Shown here: one piece after another, positions 39,502 to 54,469 of the stretch | Numbering within the stretch: the stretch's first letter is position 1 | How the letters are laid out: each line of letters opens with the position of its first letter | NCBI RefSeq assembly: GCF_006345805.1 | Contig: NC_042998.1 | Coordinates: forward strand, 83,700,001 to 83,764,000 | DNA length: 64,000 nucleotides | Direction: 5' to 3' | DNA from: Octopus sinensis | Lineage: Eukaryota | Notes under the pieces: generated by a model | Database searches by the model: none | Seen by the model: only the letters and a program-made list of their open reading frames with translations | Told to the model about the DNA's origin: nothing | Translations under genes and position numbers: made by a program

Positions 39502-40590
39502 TTCACTACTTTAAATCTATTGATATTACGAAATAATTTTCAAAATTTTTCACCTATCAAGGTTGATAGAAATTTATCAGAAACCTAAGAAAATATAGTG
39601 AAGTTAAGCCTTAAAACACATGGTCTTCGAGTTCCAATTTATTTTGACTATACGGAAGAATTTATTAACGTGACCGTTATGATTTAACTGGTGTTTGGGA
39701 CATAAATTAGCATGAAACATTAATGGAAGGGTTCAGTTTTGATCACTTTAGAAGTAGGTTTTGCACCATAGAACTAAGGATGGTTTCATCCGGGTTGGTA
39801 TTAAAAGGGTTTAAATACAGTGATGTAGCTTCTATCGCCCAGGGCAGCATACGAACTTGCCGCAGACTCCTCGGGGAACCCCCAAGCTGGCTTATACGAC
39901 AAAGGCAAAACTCCCTCCACTTAAAAGAGCCCCCAGTGCGGAACACTCCCACCCCACTCGCCCAGCTCCCATTCACCCCCACTTTACTGGCCCTACCCTC
40001 ACTTATTCCCGTCCCCAGCTACTCTACTTGTTAAATACCCTTCGTCTATTGTTTTAGAATTTTAGCTGCTCTACATATAAGTGCCATATCTTTACAAGAA
40101 AGTGGTGAAACGAAAGAGTGTTGTAAATATTTGTACACTTTTGTAGTCATCCACTATGCCTCCTGGGGTGTGGGTCATTGATAATGTTGTCTAGACATTT
40201 GTTTGGCTCTGTATCCCTTGTTGGTTCTACGAATGCCAATCGCTAAATGTTTTTGGACCTCCTCTTTTATTTGGTGTCAAGATGTCTACATTATATAGAT
40301 TACAATGTCAAATGTAATCCTTTTTTATTCATTATTTTCAATTAGTCGTGAATTATCTTCTAGCTTTGAGATTTCGATAACGAGATTGTTTATTTTTTGA
40401 ATGGCATTGTAAGATAAGTGCGAGAAGTAGGATCTGAACAGATTCAGCATAAAACAGGTCGAATATTTGGACCGAATAGGGCCAAACAGTTAAAATGCAC
40501 AGCCTTTGACTGTTCAATCAGGCTTCAGATGAAAATTAGCTTTAGATGATAGTCATAACCAACATCATCCTCATCACTACCATATCTAGT

Positions 40591-40648
<58 letters not shown>

Positions 40649-41718
40649 GGAGGGAGAGAGAGAGATTTGATTGAAATTATTTTCGTAATGCATATTTTAT
40701 TGTCTCTGGAGTCTAAAAGCTAAAGTTAAACTTATTTGCACTGGAACTACAATAGAAATTATTTGTGAATGAAATTATTAACGAAGACTAAGACTAGCTC
40801 AGCGTCCTCCAGCCTCGGCTAACCCAATAGTCATGAGTAAATAATTCACACAGAAAACGAAAACAATTACAGATCAAGCACAAAAGAAAAACAAAACAAA
40901 ATTTCGTATCAATAATTTAAACCCGATTTAAATGTAATTTCTGCTTATTTTTGAGCTTTTGGACATTATTTTTATGATGAAACTCAAGAGAGGGAGAAAT
41001 AAAATTAATTTGAAAAGTGAGATGAATGGAAGAACGCCTGCGAACATCTTCGTATGATTTCATTAAAATTCAATATTCACGAAAACATTTTTTTTTCTCT
41101 GGCATTGTGTATACTCGAAATTAACCATCATCACCATCTTGATCGTTATCACTGTCATCATCATCGTCGTTGTCATAGTCAACATAATTAGCTTCATCAC
41201 CACCACCACACTACCTCCACAACCACAACCATCATCATCATCATCATCATCATCATCATTTATATAATAACAAAATCTATTACATGTTGATTTGATTGTG
41301 AGGAATGTTATCCTAAGGTTTTGCGGCAACAAATTTGAAGAATCTTTCGTAAGATTTGTGCAAAATACATACAAGAAAGCATTCTTCTCCGCCCAGACTT
41401 ACGCAATTTCTTGATCTCAGTTTTCTTAACACCATTGATATTCCATCTACTATAATATGGTATTTTAAAATTTATGTTTCTTTTTTTTTCAGTCTTCTAT
41501 GATCACATTGGTCTCCTTATTTTAACAGTATAGTCAGTCTCTATGAAAAACATCCCATAACACTAATCATCATTCGTTCTCATAACCTTTGGCTCGTGGT
41601 AATATTTTTCCGTCGTTTCGAATCGACAAACTTGACAAACATTCCAGTACATTAGAATGACAGCTAGCTGTACTGCACCGCACTACTTTTATTATTATTG
41701 TTGTTGTTATTATTATTA

Positions 41719-41763
<45 letters not shown>

Positions 41764-41829
41764 GTTGTTGTTGTTGTGTGTTGTTGTGTTGTTTTATTAT
41801 TATAATAATTATTATTATTGTTGTTGTTG

Positions 41830-41880
<51 letters not shown>

Positions 41881-42015
41881 TTTTATTATTATTATTATTA
41901 TTAAAGTCAAAATTAAAAGAAGAGTGCCATTGTAATCAAGTGAACGATATTTCGACATCTCGTGTGTCTTCACCAGGTTCAAAAAATAATTTTTAATCTA
42001 TTATTATTATTATTA

Positions 42016-42092
<77 letters not shown>

Positions 42093-42114
42093 TATTATTA
42101 TTACTATTATATGT

Positions 42115-42610
42115 AGGTAAAAATGCACCGGAGTCTTTAGTCGTCTGTCAAGTCACAAGGACCTCAGACAAATAACACTTACCTTAAGATGTGCTCTGTG
42201 CCCAATAAGGCTGCTTTTTGCACGGGATTTCCAGTTGCCTTAAGGAGTTTTGAACTTTCAATAGGATTGAGCCTAGCGCTCTGATCACCACTTGTATCAC
42301 TTTTACATTACCCTCTCGCATTCCATACAGTCTTGTCATTTCCACTTTCAATTCAGAGTACTTGGTGATTTTTTTCAACCTCTTTACTCATAACCTTCAT
42401 GTCATTTGGTATGGCTACATCAATGATTTGACAGTATTTGTCTCATTCAATACGACAATATCCGGCCGTGTCTCAGAATATCGTTACTTTTCCATCATCC
42501 TGCATAACTTTTACTTGGTACATGCTCATACCAATTCTCTGATACTTCATATTGGCATTTACAGCATAAAAGCCAATGGAGATACACACACACTTTATTG
42601 TGACGGCGCT
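42115..42610 (-). pseudogene. Dong/R4-like 3' fragment (RLE domain) between (ATT)n tracts
   Basis: RPDIVVL...DVAIP...KKITKYSELKVEMTRLY...VKVIQVVIRALGSI. Confidence 0.8.
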
Positions 42611-42665
42611 TGTATTCTTTTTGTACAAGGCTCTCACGTTATCATCATCATCATCATCATCATCA

Positions 42666-42777
<112 letters not shown>

Positions 42778-42778
42778 A

Positions 42779-42824
<46 letters not shown>

Positions 42825-42825
<1 letters not shown>

Positions 42826-43020
42826 GCCTTTGCACAGCTTCTAACGCTGGAGATGTACTACGGTTTCAGCTGTTCACTACCAGTGAACTAATCTAACACC
42901 CCTTATTTTTCGAGCACCATCTGGAGCATTCGAGCGGTTCCAAGCAGTGCTGTTTTCTGCAAGCCTCTATTTGTTCCATCTATTTGCTCCACCTTTAGTG
43001 CAGCCCCTATTTGTTCCATA
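42825..43020 (-). pseudogene. Dong/R4-like extreme 3' end between (ATT)n tracts
   Basis: LQKTALLGTARMLQMVLEK* followed by a short UTR and (TAA)n. Confidence 0.75.
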
Positions 43021-43023
43021 TTT

Positions 43024-43071
<48 letters not shown>

Positions 43072-43084
43072 TATTATTATTACC

Positions 43085-43133
<49 letters not shown>

Positions 43134-43956
43134 TCATAATCATCATTATCATCATCATCATCATTATTATGAAAGAAATACTAAAAGAATGCAAGAAGTC
43201 ATCATTATTTTAATTGCTGTTCTGTTGTTCTTTTATGTCGAAGCGAACGGATGTTGGCAAGAGAGTTCTCCAAGTAAAGTCCTTTTTGTCGCATTGCCTG
43301 GATAATAAAATATTATGTTGTTTCTTTTTTTCTTTCTTTTTTCTTTCAATAAGAGAAGATTTATCAGTAGTATAACAAGACGGTTCTGAGATTTGACTCT
43401 AACATTTTAAAATCTTTTACATTCGCATAAATTTTTGCATTATCTGTTACACATTGGAAGATGGCTGAATCGGAAGTAGGAGGATGTGGCGGTCGATAGA
43501 GGAGTGGTGGTAGTTGTAACGCAAACACAAATGCCTTTACATCAAATTCAGGAGTAAAAAATGAAATAAGTGAAATATTCAAAGATGCACGAGGAGCTTC
43601 AATGTGAAACACTTACACTCACAGTCGTACAATGGAAGAAAAACACACACACACACACACGCACACATGCGCATACACGGTCACAAGCATATTCACACAT
43701 ACACAGAAACATATAAACAATCACACAAAGGAAATTTCCACACATAGACTCACACACACACACACACACATACATATATATATATATGCATACACACACA
43801 CACACACACATATATACATATATACATACATACATACATACATTCATTCATACATTCATACATACATATATAAGTTATATATGTAAGCGTGTGCACATTC
43901 ATGCACACATATATACACGCAGACAGACAGTCAGACAGTCAGACAGACAGACAGAC

Positions 43957-44051
<95 letters not shown>

Positions 44052-44367
44052 CAGACAGATAGACAAATAGTTAGATAGATAATGCCTGAACACAGATAAT
44101 ATAATTTGAAGAGAAGATTACTTCAAAATATATTCACAACTTATTTAGATATTTTTCATTTCCAATTGCAGTGTTTGCACATGCATTAATAAACATTATA
44201 AATTGTTCCTATAAATTTCTAATAATACAAATACACTAGAAAGATACCGGGAGACTTCTCGGCAAAAACTCTCCTTGATTTTATTATTTGTAACATAGAA
44301 ACACTTAAAATTTTTATGCTTTTTATTTTACATCTATTTACCCTATGTAATATATAATATAGCATAA

Positions 44368-44779
44368 TCTTTATATATAAATATTATATATAAAAGTAAG
44401 GTTCTGTGTCTGTCTCCTACGATTTAGATTCCTAACTACTTCCACATTTTGCGGTGCAGTTTAACCAAAACCGGGTATCTTATAGTCGTGATTCATATCG
44501 AGCCCTTCTGGGTATTAGCGCGCGTCTACGATGAGTCTACGATTTTAAAAAAAAATTACCATCATTTTTTTCCATTTTAATGCATTTTTTTCGCTATTAT
44601 ATAAGGGAAGTAACTCTCTAAAAATGTCTACGATGAGTCAACGATTTAAAAAAAAATTTACCATCATTTTTTTTCCATTTTTAATGCATCTTTTTGTTAA
44701 TTTTTGGCTATAACTCTCTAAAAATGCTTATATAGTTATTTCCCTTACAAACCCGAGCAATGCCGGGCGATACTGCTAG
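44368..44779 (+). mobile_element. Non-autonomous Helitron
   Basis: A|TCtttatatataaa 5' end; 3' hairpin cccgagcaatgccggg then CTAG|T; internal ~100 bp tandem duplication (gtctacgatgagtc at 44524 and 44626). Confidence 0.88.
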
Positions 44780-45379
44780 TATAATATAAGATGAAATAAT
44801 ATATAATATAGACACACCTTTATACACATACATATGCGTGCCTATATGGTTATATGATTATCTTACTCTCTCTCACTCTCTCACTGTGTATGTGTGTGTG
44901 TGAAGGCATATAGCTAAGTAGTCAGGTGTTGCACTTATGATTGCGAGATCGTGGGTTCGATTCCCAGACAGAGCGTTGCGTTGTGTTCTTGAGCAAAGTA
45001 CCTTATTTCGTCATCTGATTTGTGGAGGGAACGAGCTTATGTATACACAAACATTTGCTGATTACTATAAACAAATCATGTGTGGTTGTTCGGCAAGAAA
45101 TTGCCGAACCCTCATACGTCGTCTAACGACAGGAGAGTCCATAATATGTATGTATAGCCAACATATGAGATCCAGAGATTATTAGTATAGAAAACACTTA
45201 GTAGAGCTCAAATGATTCGAACTTAGATGCCGATGTTTTTGCGAGGGGCCAATTCTGCCGGCTAAAAAATGAATATAAGAGGAATCAAGATGAGCAGGCA
45301 TGGAAGCAATTATGCGGATAAACGAATTAAATATAATTGCTTGGGTTTGGTATACATAGGCGTAGGAGTGGCTGTGCCG

Positions 45380-45614
45380 TTTTAAAGCCTAGCCAGGCTC
45401 ATGGGCCCGGTTTCCCGGTTTCTATGGCGTATGTGTACCCCAGCAGGACGGGACGCCAGTCCATCGCAGCGTTACTCATTTTTGCCAGCTGAGTGGACTG
45501 GAGCAACGTGAAATGAAGTGTTTTGCTCAAGAACACAACGTGTCGCGCGGTCCAGGAATCGAAACCACAATCTTACGATCATGATGCTGACACCCTAACC
45601 ACTAAGCCACGCGC

Positions 45615-45615
<1 letters not shown>
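45380..45615 (-). mobile_element. Family-C SINE
   Basis: cagctgagtggactggagcaacgtgaaatgaagtgttttgctcaagaacacaac...ggaatcgaaacc...ctaaccactaagccacgcgcc. Confidence 0.85.
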
Positions 45616-45664
<49 letters not shown>

Positions 45665-45672
45665 ACACACAT

Positions 45673-45707
<35 letters not shown>

Positions 45708-45717
45708 CATATATATT

Positions 45718-46197
45718 TACACGTAGTCTGATCAATAAGTATCCGGACTGTAACCATAGTAACGAAGCTAAAGCACACAGAGTAAAGCTGCTTGAAACAG
45801 TTTGACATGGAACTCTGCTGTACATGTGCACTAAGCTTAGCTGACTTCTACTTGGAAGTAACGTATGTAGCGTGTGTTCGTCGCATTGAGCATGATACAG
45901 AAAGTTGAATCTGCATCAAATCTGCATCAAATTTTGCCAAAAGCTTGGCGATACTTGGTCAGAGACCTACACAAAGTTTTCAAAAAGTTTTCATCGTTCT
46001 CGACACAGTCAAGATCCGAGTGTCTTTTTGATCATCTGAAAGCAGTTTTGGCACAAACTTGGCAGACACACGTCTCATACCCAAATCTTCAGTTGATAAT
46101 GGACTGAACTGAACCGTAAATAATCTGCACATCATCTGATAACTCATAGTTGATGATTCGACGATTTCCCCTCAAAACTTCACGTACATCTGCGATA
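45718..46197. mobile_element. Rearranged mariner fragment
   Basis: TIR-like agtctgatcaataagtatccggact; plus-strand ICIKFCQKLGDTWSET; then minus-strand EDLGMRRVSAKFVPKLLSDDQK. Confidence 0.8.
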
Positions 46198-46224
46198 CAT
46201 ATATACATACTAAAAAGATAGAAA

Positions 46225-46460
46225 GCAAAAACTGAAGATTATCAGACGAGGAATATTTAAGTATATTTATATAGATATTTATATATTAACAAATCAAACT
46301 TACTCTGTGTAAGTTTGGCAAGTCCTAGACTTATAATACCTTACCTCATTCCCATTACTTTTCTCTGTCGTTTGTAATCTATGTAAGTTTGATTTATTAA
46401 TGTAATTATTTAATATATTTATACTTAAATATTCATCGCCTGAACATTTTCAGTCTTTGC
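46225..46460. repeat. Old imperfect inverted repeat (~80 bp arms)
   Basis: gcaaaaactgaagattatcagacgaggaatatttaagtata...aaatcaaacttac pairs with gtaagtttgattt...tatacttaaatattcatcgcctgaacattttcagtctttgc. Confidence 0.7.
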
Positions 46461-46547
46461 GTTCATTCTGTTTGCATTTATACACACACATATATTGTAT
46501 ATCAAACTTGTTTATCCACACAATTCTCTCTTTCTTTTTCTCTCTCT

Positions 46548-46586
<39 letters not shown>

Positions 46587-46605
46587 CACATACATAAATA
46601 CATGC

Positions 46606-46639
<34 letters not shown>

Positions 46640-47198
46640 ATATATATATATATATTATATATAAATATACATATGTATATATATGTATATATATATATAT
46701 GTATATATATATGTATATATATATAATATATATATATATATTATATATTATGTGTTTATATATATATATATGTATACATATATATATATATGTATATATA
46801 TATACATATATATGTATTATATATATTATATAATATAATATATATATAATGTATGTATGTATGTATGTATGTATGTATGTATGTATGTATGTATGTATGT
46901 ATGTATGTATATAAGAGAGAGAGAAACAAAATCAAGAAGAAATGTTTTGCTAGAAGCCAGAAGTTCATAAGAATGACCAGACGGTCAAAAATGTTATAAT
47001 GTAAGTAAAACAAAGCAAAAAAAAAAAAAAATGGCGGAAAGATGGAATAACTGAAAGCATGCTATCTTTCTGTGAAATTCTTGAAAGAATATTTTTCAGC
47101 AGTCACGAATCCAAGCAAATCTATTGTGTTATTTAATGTTAAGTATTCAACTACTACAAGAGAAACAATCTCCCGCAATGAGAAACAACGCCATATCG

Positions 47199-47231
<33 letters not shown>

Positions 47232-47261
47232 ATATATATATTATATATATATATATATATA

Positions 47262-47376
47262 TATCTATACAATATGTTACATTACTCGGTAGAGTATGTA
47301 ACATATTGTATAGATAAATTTCCTCTATTTACATAATATTGAGGTCTCTTTCTTTCTTTTGTTATCTTACCGTTTT

Positions 47377-47380
<4 letters not shown>
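47262..47380. mobile_element. Miniature fold-back derivative of the Naiad-like element, inside (TA)n
   Basis: Near-identical to 53861-53954 and 55992-56017; 26 bp hairpin plus ~65 bp one-sided tail. Confidence 0.88.
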
Positions 47381-47435
<55 letters not shown>

Positions 47436-47460
47436 GTATATACATACATACATACATACA

Positions 47461-47494
<34 letters not shown>

Positions 47495-47504
47495 CATATA
47501 AAAA

Positions 47505-47835
47505 GAGTAAAGACCTCCTTGGTTATGAATGACCATGGGATTGTACTTAGAAGGGACTCCTCTGAGGCACAAGCCCGGACAAGGTTGTTTATGGAAGACC
47601 AGCAGTCGCCCATGAATACCAGTCTCTTGTCTCCACGCCACTGATGTTATCCAAGAGATAGGTAAAGCCCAATACAGTTTGGCACCAGTGACGTCGCAAA
47701 TTATTTCTACAGCTGAGTGAACTGAAACAATGCGCGATAAAGTGACTTGTTCAAGAATACAATACATATCCCGGTCAGGGAATCGAACTCACTACTCCGT
47801 GATTGTTAGCCCGGTGCTCTAGCCACTCAGTCATG
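47505..47835 (-). mobile_element. Family-C/Ceph-like SINE with long tail
   Basis: tRNA head (B-box gagttcgattccc on minus), ttcttgaacaagtcac box, gcgacgtcactggtgccaaactg segment. Confidence 0.7.
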
Positions 47836-48163
47836 TGTGTGTGTATCAGTGTGTGTGTGTATCAGTGTGTGTGTGTATCAGTGTGTGTGTGTGTGTTTGT
47901 GTTATAAATACATCAGCTACTTCAACTTTCATGCTCGCAAAGTGCAATTTTCGCATGTGCTCTGAGATTTTGTCTCATACACTGTGCACTGTAGAAGAAC
48001 TTCCAAATACTGCAATTTCGACGATGAAACTTGAAGTAGCTCCAGTATAACTCCTGAATTCATCAAATGACATTTCATTCTCGCTGAACTGAGTGATTTA
48101 CTTCTCTTGCTGATGATACCAATCAGTGATCAATGCACTACACACACACACACATACACACAG

Positions 48164-48197
<34 letters not shown>

Positions 48198-48220
48198 ACT
48201 CACACACACACACACACACA

Positions 48221-48258
<38 letters not shown>

Positions 48259-48598
48259 TGGGAGTGTGGTGCTCCAGCATGGCCCCAGTCAAATATAGGT
48301 GTGTTAAGTTAGAGGCTATAACAACCGTCTAAGGGATACTTGTATCGAATGAATCATATGGTGTATTACCTTATTTGATCATGAGCATTTGTATTAATGC
48401 TTATAAACAATGGGTAATGACAAGAATGAACGGAAGTTTATTAATAATCAAGGAAAACAGAAAATGGAGATAAAATTGATGAATAACAATTGATTTACAC
48501 CAACCATCATTTATTAATTTCAAAAAGACAGAATCTCAACTTACAGCTGTTTCTATTAGCACGATTCCCAGGCTTAACCACCACAATAATAATGATAA

Positions 48599-48725
<127 letters not shown>

Positions 48726-48874
48726 GTTATCATTGTAAGTAATTAATTATACCAATTTGTATCGCGGAACTTCATCACAGCGAAAAATTTAATAAAAGTA
48801 AAAGTAAAAAGAAAAAGAGAAAGCGTGAAAACAGTGATAATCAATTTATGCTACATGCTGTCTCACTGGGAAAC

Positions 48875-48923
<49 letters not shown>

Positions 48924-49199
48924 TACACATTATTCTGGTGTATTTATATATATACATTGGTGTTGTGTATTTAAATGTCATTGTTCAGTTTTATTTCAAA
49001 ATTTCGTGCCAATAGGGAAAGAGCCGGTTTCTAACCTAGATCCAAGTCTTCTTCACTGGAATTTCAACATCAACAGCATATTTTTGTTTGTATGTAAGTA
49101 TGTATGTATGTATGTATGTATGTATGTATGTATGTATGTATGTATGTATGTATGTATGTATATGTGCAGATTTGTATGTTTTGCTTTATGTATGTATTC

Positions 49200-49515
<316 letters not shown>

Positions 49516-50197
49516 TGAATGTATGTATGTTTGTATGTGCGTATGCATGTATGCTGCGACAAATGTGTATTAGTGATTAAAATGAAACAAGGATGAGATA
49601 CTGTGATCTTCATGCAGCGTGCTATACTAAATAGTAAAAACCTATAAGAACGACTTTACCGATTCAACATGGGTGCTAATAATGGTGATGGTAGTGATGG
49701 TGCTGACAGTGGAGGAGATATTAGTGATGACAGTGGTGGTGGCAATGGTGGTTGTGGGGCTGGTGGGGTTTGGTGTGTGGATTGCTAAATGTTAGAAACA
49801 GACCAACCTTCCAGCATTTTGTTCACTATCTCGTTACTGTGCATTGAAATAAGTCGATAGCGAGAAATAATAGTTATAACCATGTCTATTCAAGCAATTG
49901 CGGAGGTGGTACCACATCATAATAATCCATTTTGACTTATTAGTATCTGATTATGTTTCTCTTGGACACTGATGAGTCTATGAAAACGCGATAACGACTT
50001 CCATGGCATCTATATACATACATATATAACTACCTACATATATGTGAGTGCGTGTGTGCGTGTATGCGTGTGTGCGTGCGTGTGTATATATACATATACA
50101 TATACATAGATATATACATATATGTATATGTATATATAGACATATACATATATATCTACATATATTATTATTCATGTATATACGAAAGTAGTTATAT

Positions 50198-50229
<32 letters not shown>

Positions 50230-50254
50230 CATATATACGTACATACATGCATAC

Positions 50255-50299
<45 letters not shown>

Positions 50300-50407
50300 A
50301 TATTTGTAGTTATATTATACGATATATTATATATTATATATTTTTACGTACATAAACGTATATATACGCACACATAAGTTCATATATATATATGCATGCA
50401 TATCTAC

Positions 50408-50479
<72 letters not shown>

Positions 50480-50583
50480 ATACATACATACATACATGCA
50501 TACATACATACATACATGCATACATACATACATACATACATACATACATACATACATACATACATACATACATACATACATGC

Positions 50584-50684
<101 letters not shown>

Positions 50685-51758
50685 GATATAATGCGCTGTT
50701 CAACACTCACCTCATCGTTCGACATTTACATATATATTGCTCAGGTTTCTGTTGCCGGATATATGTTACATATTAATATAATAATAATGCTGTTACGTTG
50801 TTAATGTATATTTATTTTTTTCTTTTTCGGTTATATATTTTTTGTTACTTAACATTTTGTTTTGCATTTTTACTTTCTTTTTGCACTTTTCTCTTTTCTT
50901 TTTACGTTAAGGGATAGCAGTACAAAGAACTTTACATATCGGAAGGTGCACAGAACATAGGTCTACATATGAATGCATTGCAAATTTTCTTTTATACAAT
51001 TTAGTTTCGTATGTAATTACTTTTATTTTTGTTGTTTCGGCTTTGTTCATGGTAAAATTCTACCTGAAATCATTCTAGAAAAGAAAGAAAAAAATAAACA
51101 CATATATACATTCAAGGACGAAAATACTACACCAAAAACTGATTATATATTATGCAGAGTTATGCTGAAAATAAGCTTATGAACGTGAATATAAAATAAC
51201 AAAGATGGCTTCACTCGATTATAGAAAAACGTAAGACAGCGCAACCCATAATTAAATATTGACCATTATAAAGGTACACACACTCACTCACACACATAAT
51301 ACAGATGCGCAAGCGCGAGTGCATTGTCTGTATGTCTTCTGTTGCTTGAAGAAGTGGCCATGCATCAGAATAATAAGCCAATGGATTAGTCTAAATAACA
51401 ACTACACTCTATTTTTGTATTGAGTACTTCGTTATTACAAACATATATATATATATATATATATTATATATGATATGCAGATATTTTCTTGCTTCACTCA
51501 TTTGACTGCGGCCATGCTGGGGCACCGCATGTGTGTGTGTGTATGTGCACGCGCCCGCATGCGCTATATATATATTTGCTCTGTATATCGTAGCCAGTAA
51601 TACGACTAAGTATAATAGTAAGGAAACCATTACACGGGAGGTAGACTGGATGAAGATAACTGACGTAGAGCTAAACTCACCAGAGCAGTCGTACACGCAA
51701 GCAAGAGATACTATATATGTATGTGAATAAACATACATATACATTATATATAGATATA

Positions 51759-51812
<54 letters not shown>

Positions 51813-52160
51813 ATATACATATCTATATACATATATATACACACACACACAACATCTATATATATATATATATATACATATGCATATATATATACGTATA
51901 TATAATATATAATATATAATATATTATAGAACATATGTATATATATATATATATATATATAAAATATTCTTCATGATAAAATAATTTGCTAGCATTATCT
52001 ACCTTATTTTCCTTATCTATATATATATAATATATAATATAGATATATATATATATGTATATATTTTATAACGGACACACACACACATATATATGTATTT
52101 ATATTACCTATATATTGTATGCTTATATATGAATGTAAATATATACACGCATATATATTA

Positions 52161-52215
<55 letters not shown>

Positions 52216-53406
52216 ATATATAATATATATGCTTATGTATATATGTATGCAAGTAAATGTATGAATATATGTACTTCTCCATACATTTTTGCAGTATGTA
52301 TACATGCATACCACTAACTGGCTAAATTTCCATTCACAAAACGGAAACTCCTAACCATAAGAAACATGCAAATCAACCAGAGAATTTCCAAAGGAACTCC
52401 CTGTTGCTTTTGGCTACAAAAGAGTGGGGTGAAGCAACGTGAAATGAAGTGCCTCGTTCAAGAACACAACAGGTCGCCCGGTCCACGAAGCGAAATCACA
52501 ATCTTACAGTTATGAGTCCAACATCCAGACCGCTAAGCCACGCATCTCTAAACATTAAAGAGAATTACTCCGAAATGGAGAAACGCAGCACCTCTTCGGG
52601 AAATTCACTGAATGTCCAATCACAAATTATGATTTGAAGTTGTTTTGCAATCAAACATCGATACAGAGTCACTTGCACAGGAGAAAAAGATGTCGTTGGG
52701 TCGAAATAAATACGTTCCAATGAATTAACAAAAGTAAAAAGATAATTCGATTGTTAAAATTAATGAAAATACGAAAGGTACAAGAACCCAATGAAACATA
52801 TTAGTAATTGAATTTGAAGGAAATCATATCCAACATCCAAATATTGAAAGACCTCATGGAAAAATAATTCGTTTTTGAAACAGTGGCTCTCGGAGCACAT
52901 AAAGCTATAAATAATAGAATGTAGGTATAACGTTGTAAAACCCTTTTTGGATAGCTAAGGTGAAGGCTGCCCGTGGAGTTCTAACATCTATCCAAAAGGG
53001 ATTTTTTCAGTCCAATGTAGCTTGAAATGTTTCGAGGTCCACTGTACCAGACGTCAACCTTGAAAAATGTGTACATGACGACCAACATTGGAACTCATTG
53101 CAATGTATAATATATGTTTCCCATGATGATGATGATGAGTGATGATGATGATGATGATGATGAGGTGGAGGAGGAGGAGGAGGAGAATGGGGATGATGCC
53201 GAGGAAGATTATGGCGGTGAGATAACAGAATCCTAACGACGCTGGAAATACACCTTTGCGATGTTTGTCTAGGCATTCTGCGTTTTAACATCAAACCCCT
53301 CCAAGAACAACTTTATTATACATTCATTTAGGAGTCGATAGTGTCATCTAATCCCCTCCCTTCAAAATCGCTGCTTCTTGCTCGCTGTGTTTTTTTTTTA
53401 TATATG

Positions 53407-53560
53407 TAGGCGCAGGAGTGGTTGTGTGGTAAATAGCTTGCTTACCAACCACATGGTTCCGGGTTCACTCTCACTGCGTGGCACCTTGAGTAAGTGTCTT
53501 CTACTATATCTCCGGACCTTGTAAGTTGATTTGGTAGACAGAAACTGAAAGAAGCCTGTC

Positions 53561-53625
<65 letters not shown>

Positions 53626-53810
53626 CGCGTGTGTGTGTGTTTGTCCACCCAACATCGCTTGAAAACCGATACTGGTGTGTTTACGTCCCCGTAACTTAGC
53701 GGTTCGGTAAAACGAAACCGATAGAATAAGTACTAGGCTTACAAAAGAATAAGCCCTGAGGTCGAATCGCTCGACTAAAAAAGGCGGTGCTCCAGCACGG
53801 CCGCAAGAAA
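53407..53810 (+). mobile_element. Family-B SINE
   Basis: Full copy with internal (TG)n. Confidence 0.9.
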
Positions 53811-53821
53811 TAAAATTAACA

Positions 53822-53862
<41 letters not shown>

Positions 53863-53958
53863 ATAAAACGGTAAGATAACAAAAGAAAGAAAGAGACCTC
53901 AATATTATGTAAATAGAGGAAATTTATCTATACAATATGTTACATTACTCGGTAGTCA

Positions 53959-54021
53959 AGATAAAACTCTGAGTTTCAGATGCCGAAGTGGAAATCCACA
54001 ACACCATCTCTTCGGTTATCT
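53959..54021 (-). ncRNA. Mirror copy of the same hammerhead variant
   Basis: Reverse complement of 55921-55983. Confidence 0.7.
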
Positions 54022-54469
54022 GGCTATTTGAAAACGTTATGAAAAAATACCGTTAAAAATGAAGGGAAATTACTCTGTTATAACTCTGCTTTGCCTGCGT
54101 ACTTATACATCGCTCGCATTTTTCGTCATAAAAATTATATAAAAATACATAAAAATATATAAAAATATCTAAAAATATATAAAATCTTCTTGGGACATAA
54201 CACAGAAAGCATGTTCTATCCGTTTTCTTTAGGGGACCAAAAACGTAACAGAAATTTAGTCACATGTGGGCATGATCCGAAAAGCTCTGTCCTTGTATTT
54301 AGACATGTGGTAGGGTCTAAGCTGCTTTTCCAGATAAGCCATCTCTCCATGTCGCATATAAACCGCACCTTCCGCTGCCGTTAGTGTAGGGCTTACATCT
54401 GGCCAAAATCTTCCATTGTATGTTATAATCGACACCTTTATCTCTTAAAGACCAAATATGATTGGATAA

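Noticed and set aside
41403-41446. Possible minus-strand micro-exon (WNINGVKKTEIKKL, GTAAGT donor)
   Set aside because: Weak acceptor, no partner exons found, and too short to assign; would need RNA-seq.
43364-43612. 82 aa non-repetitive ORF (and the similar 28452-28730)
   Set aside because: No motif and no convincing splice context; length is compatible with chance.
52938-53003. Short inverted repeat ccctttttggatag / ctatccaaaaggg
   Set aside because: Arms are only ~13 bp, with no family or TSD support.
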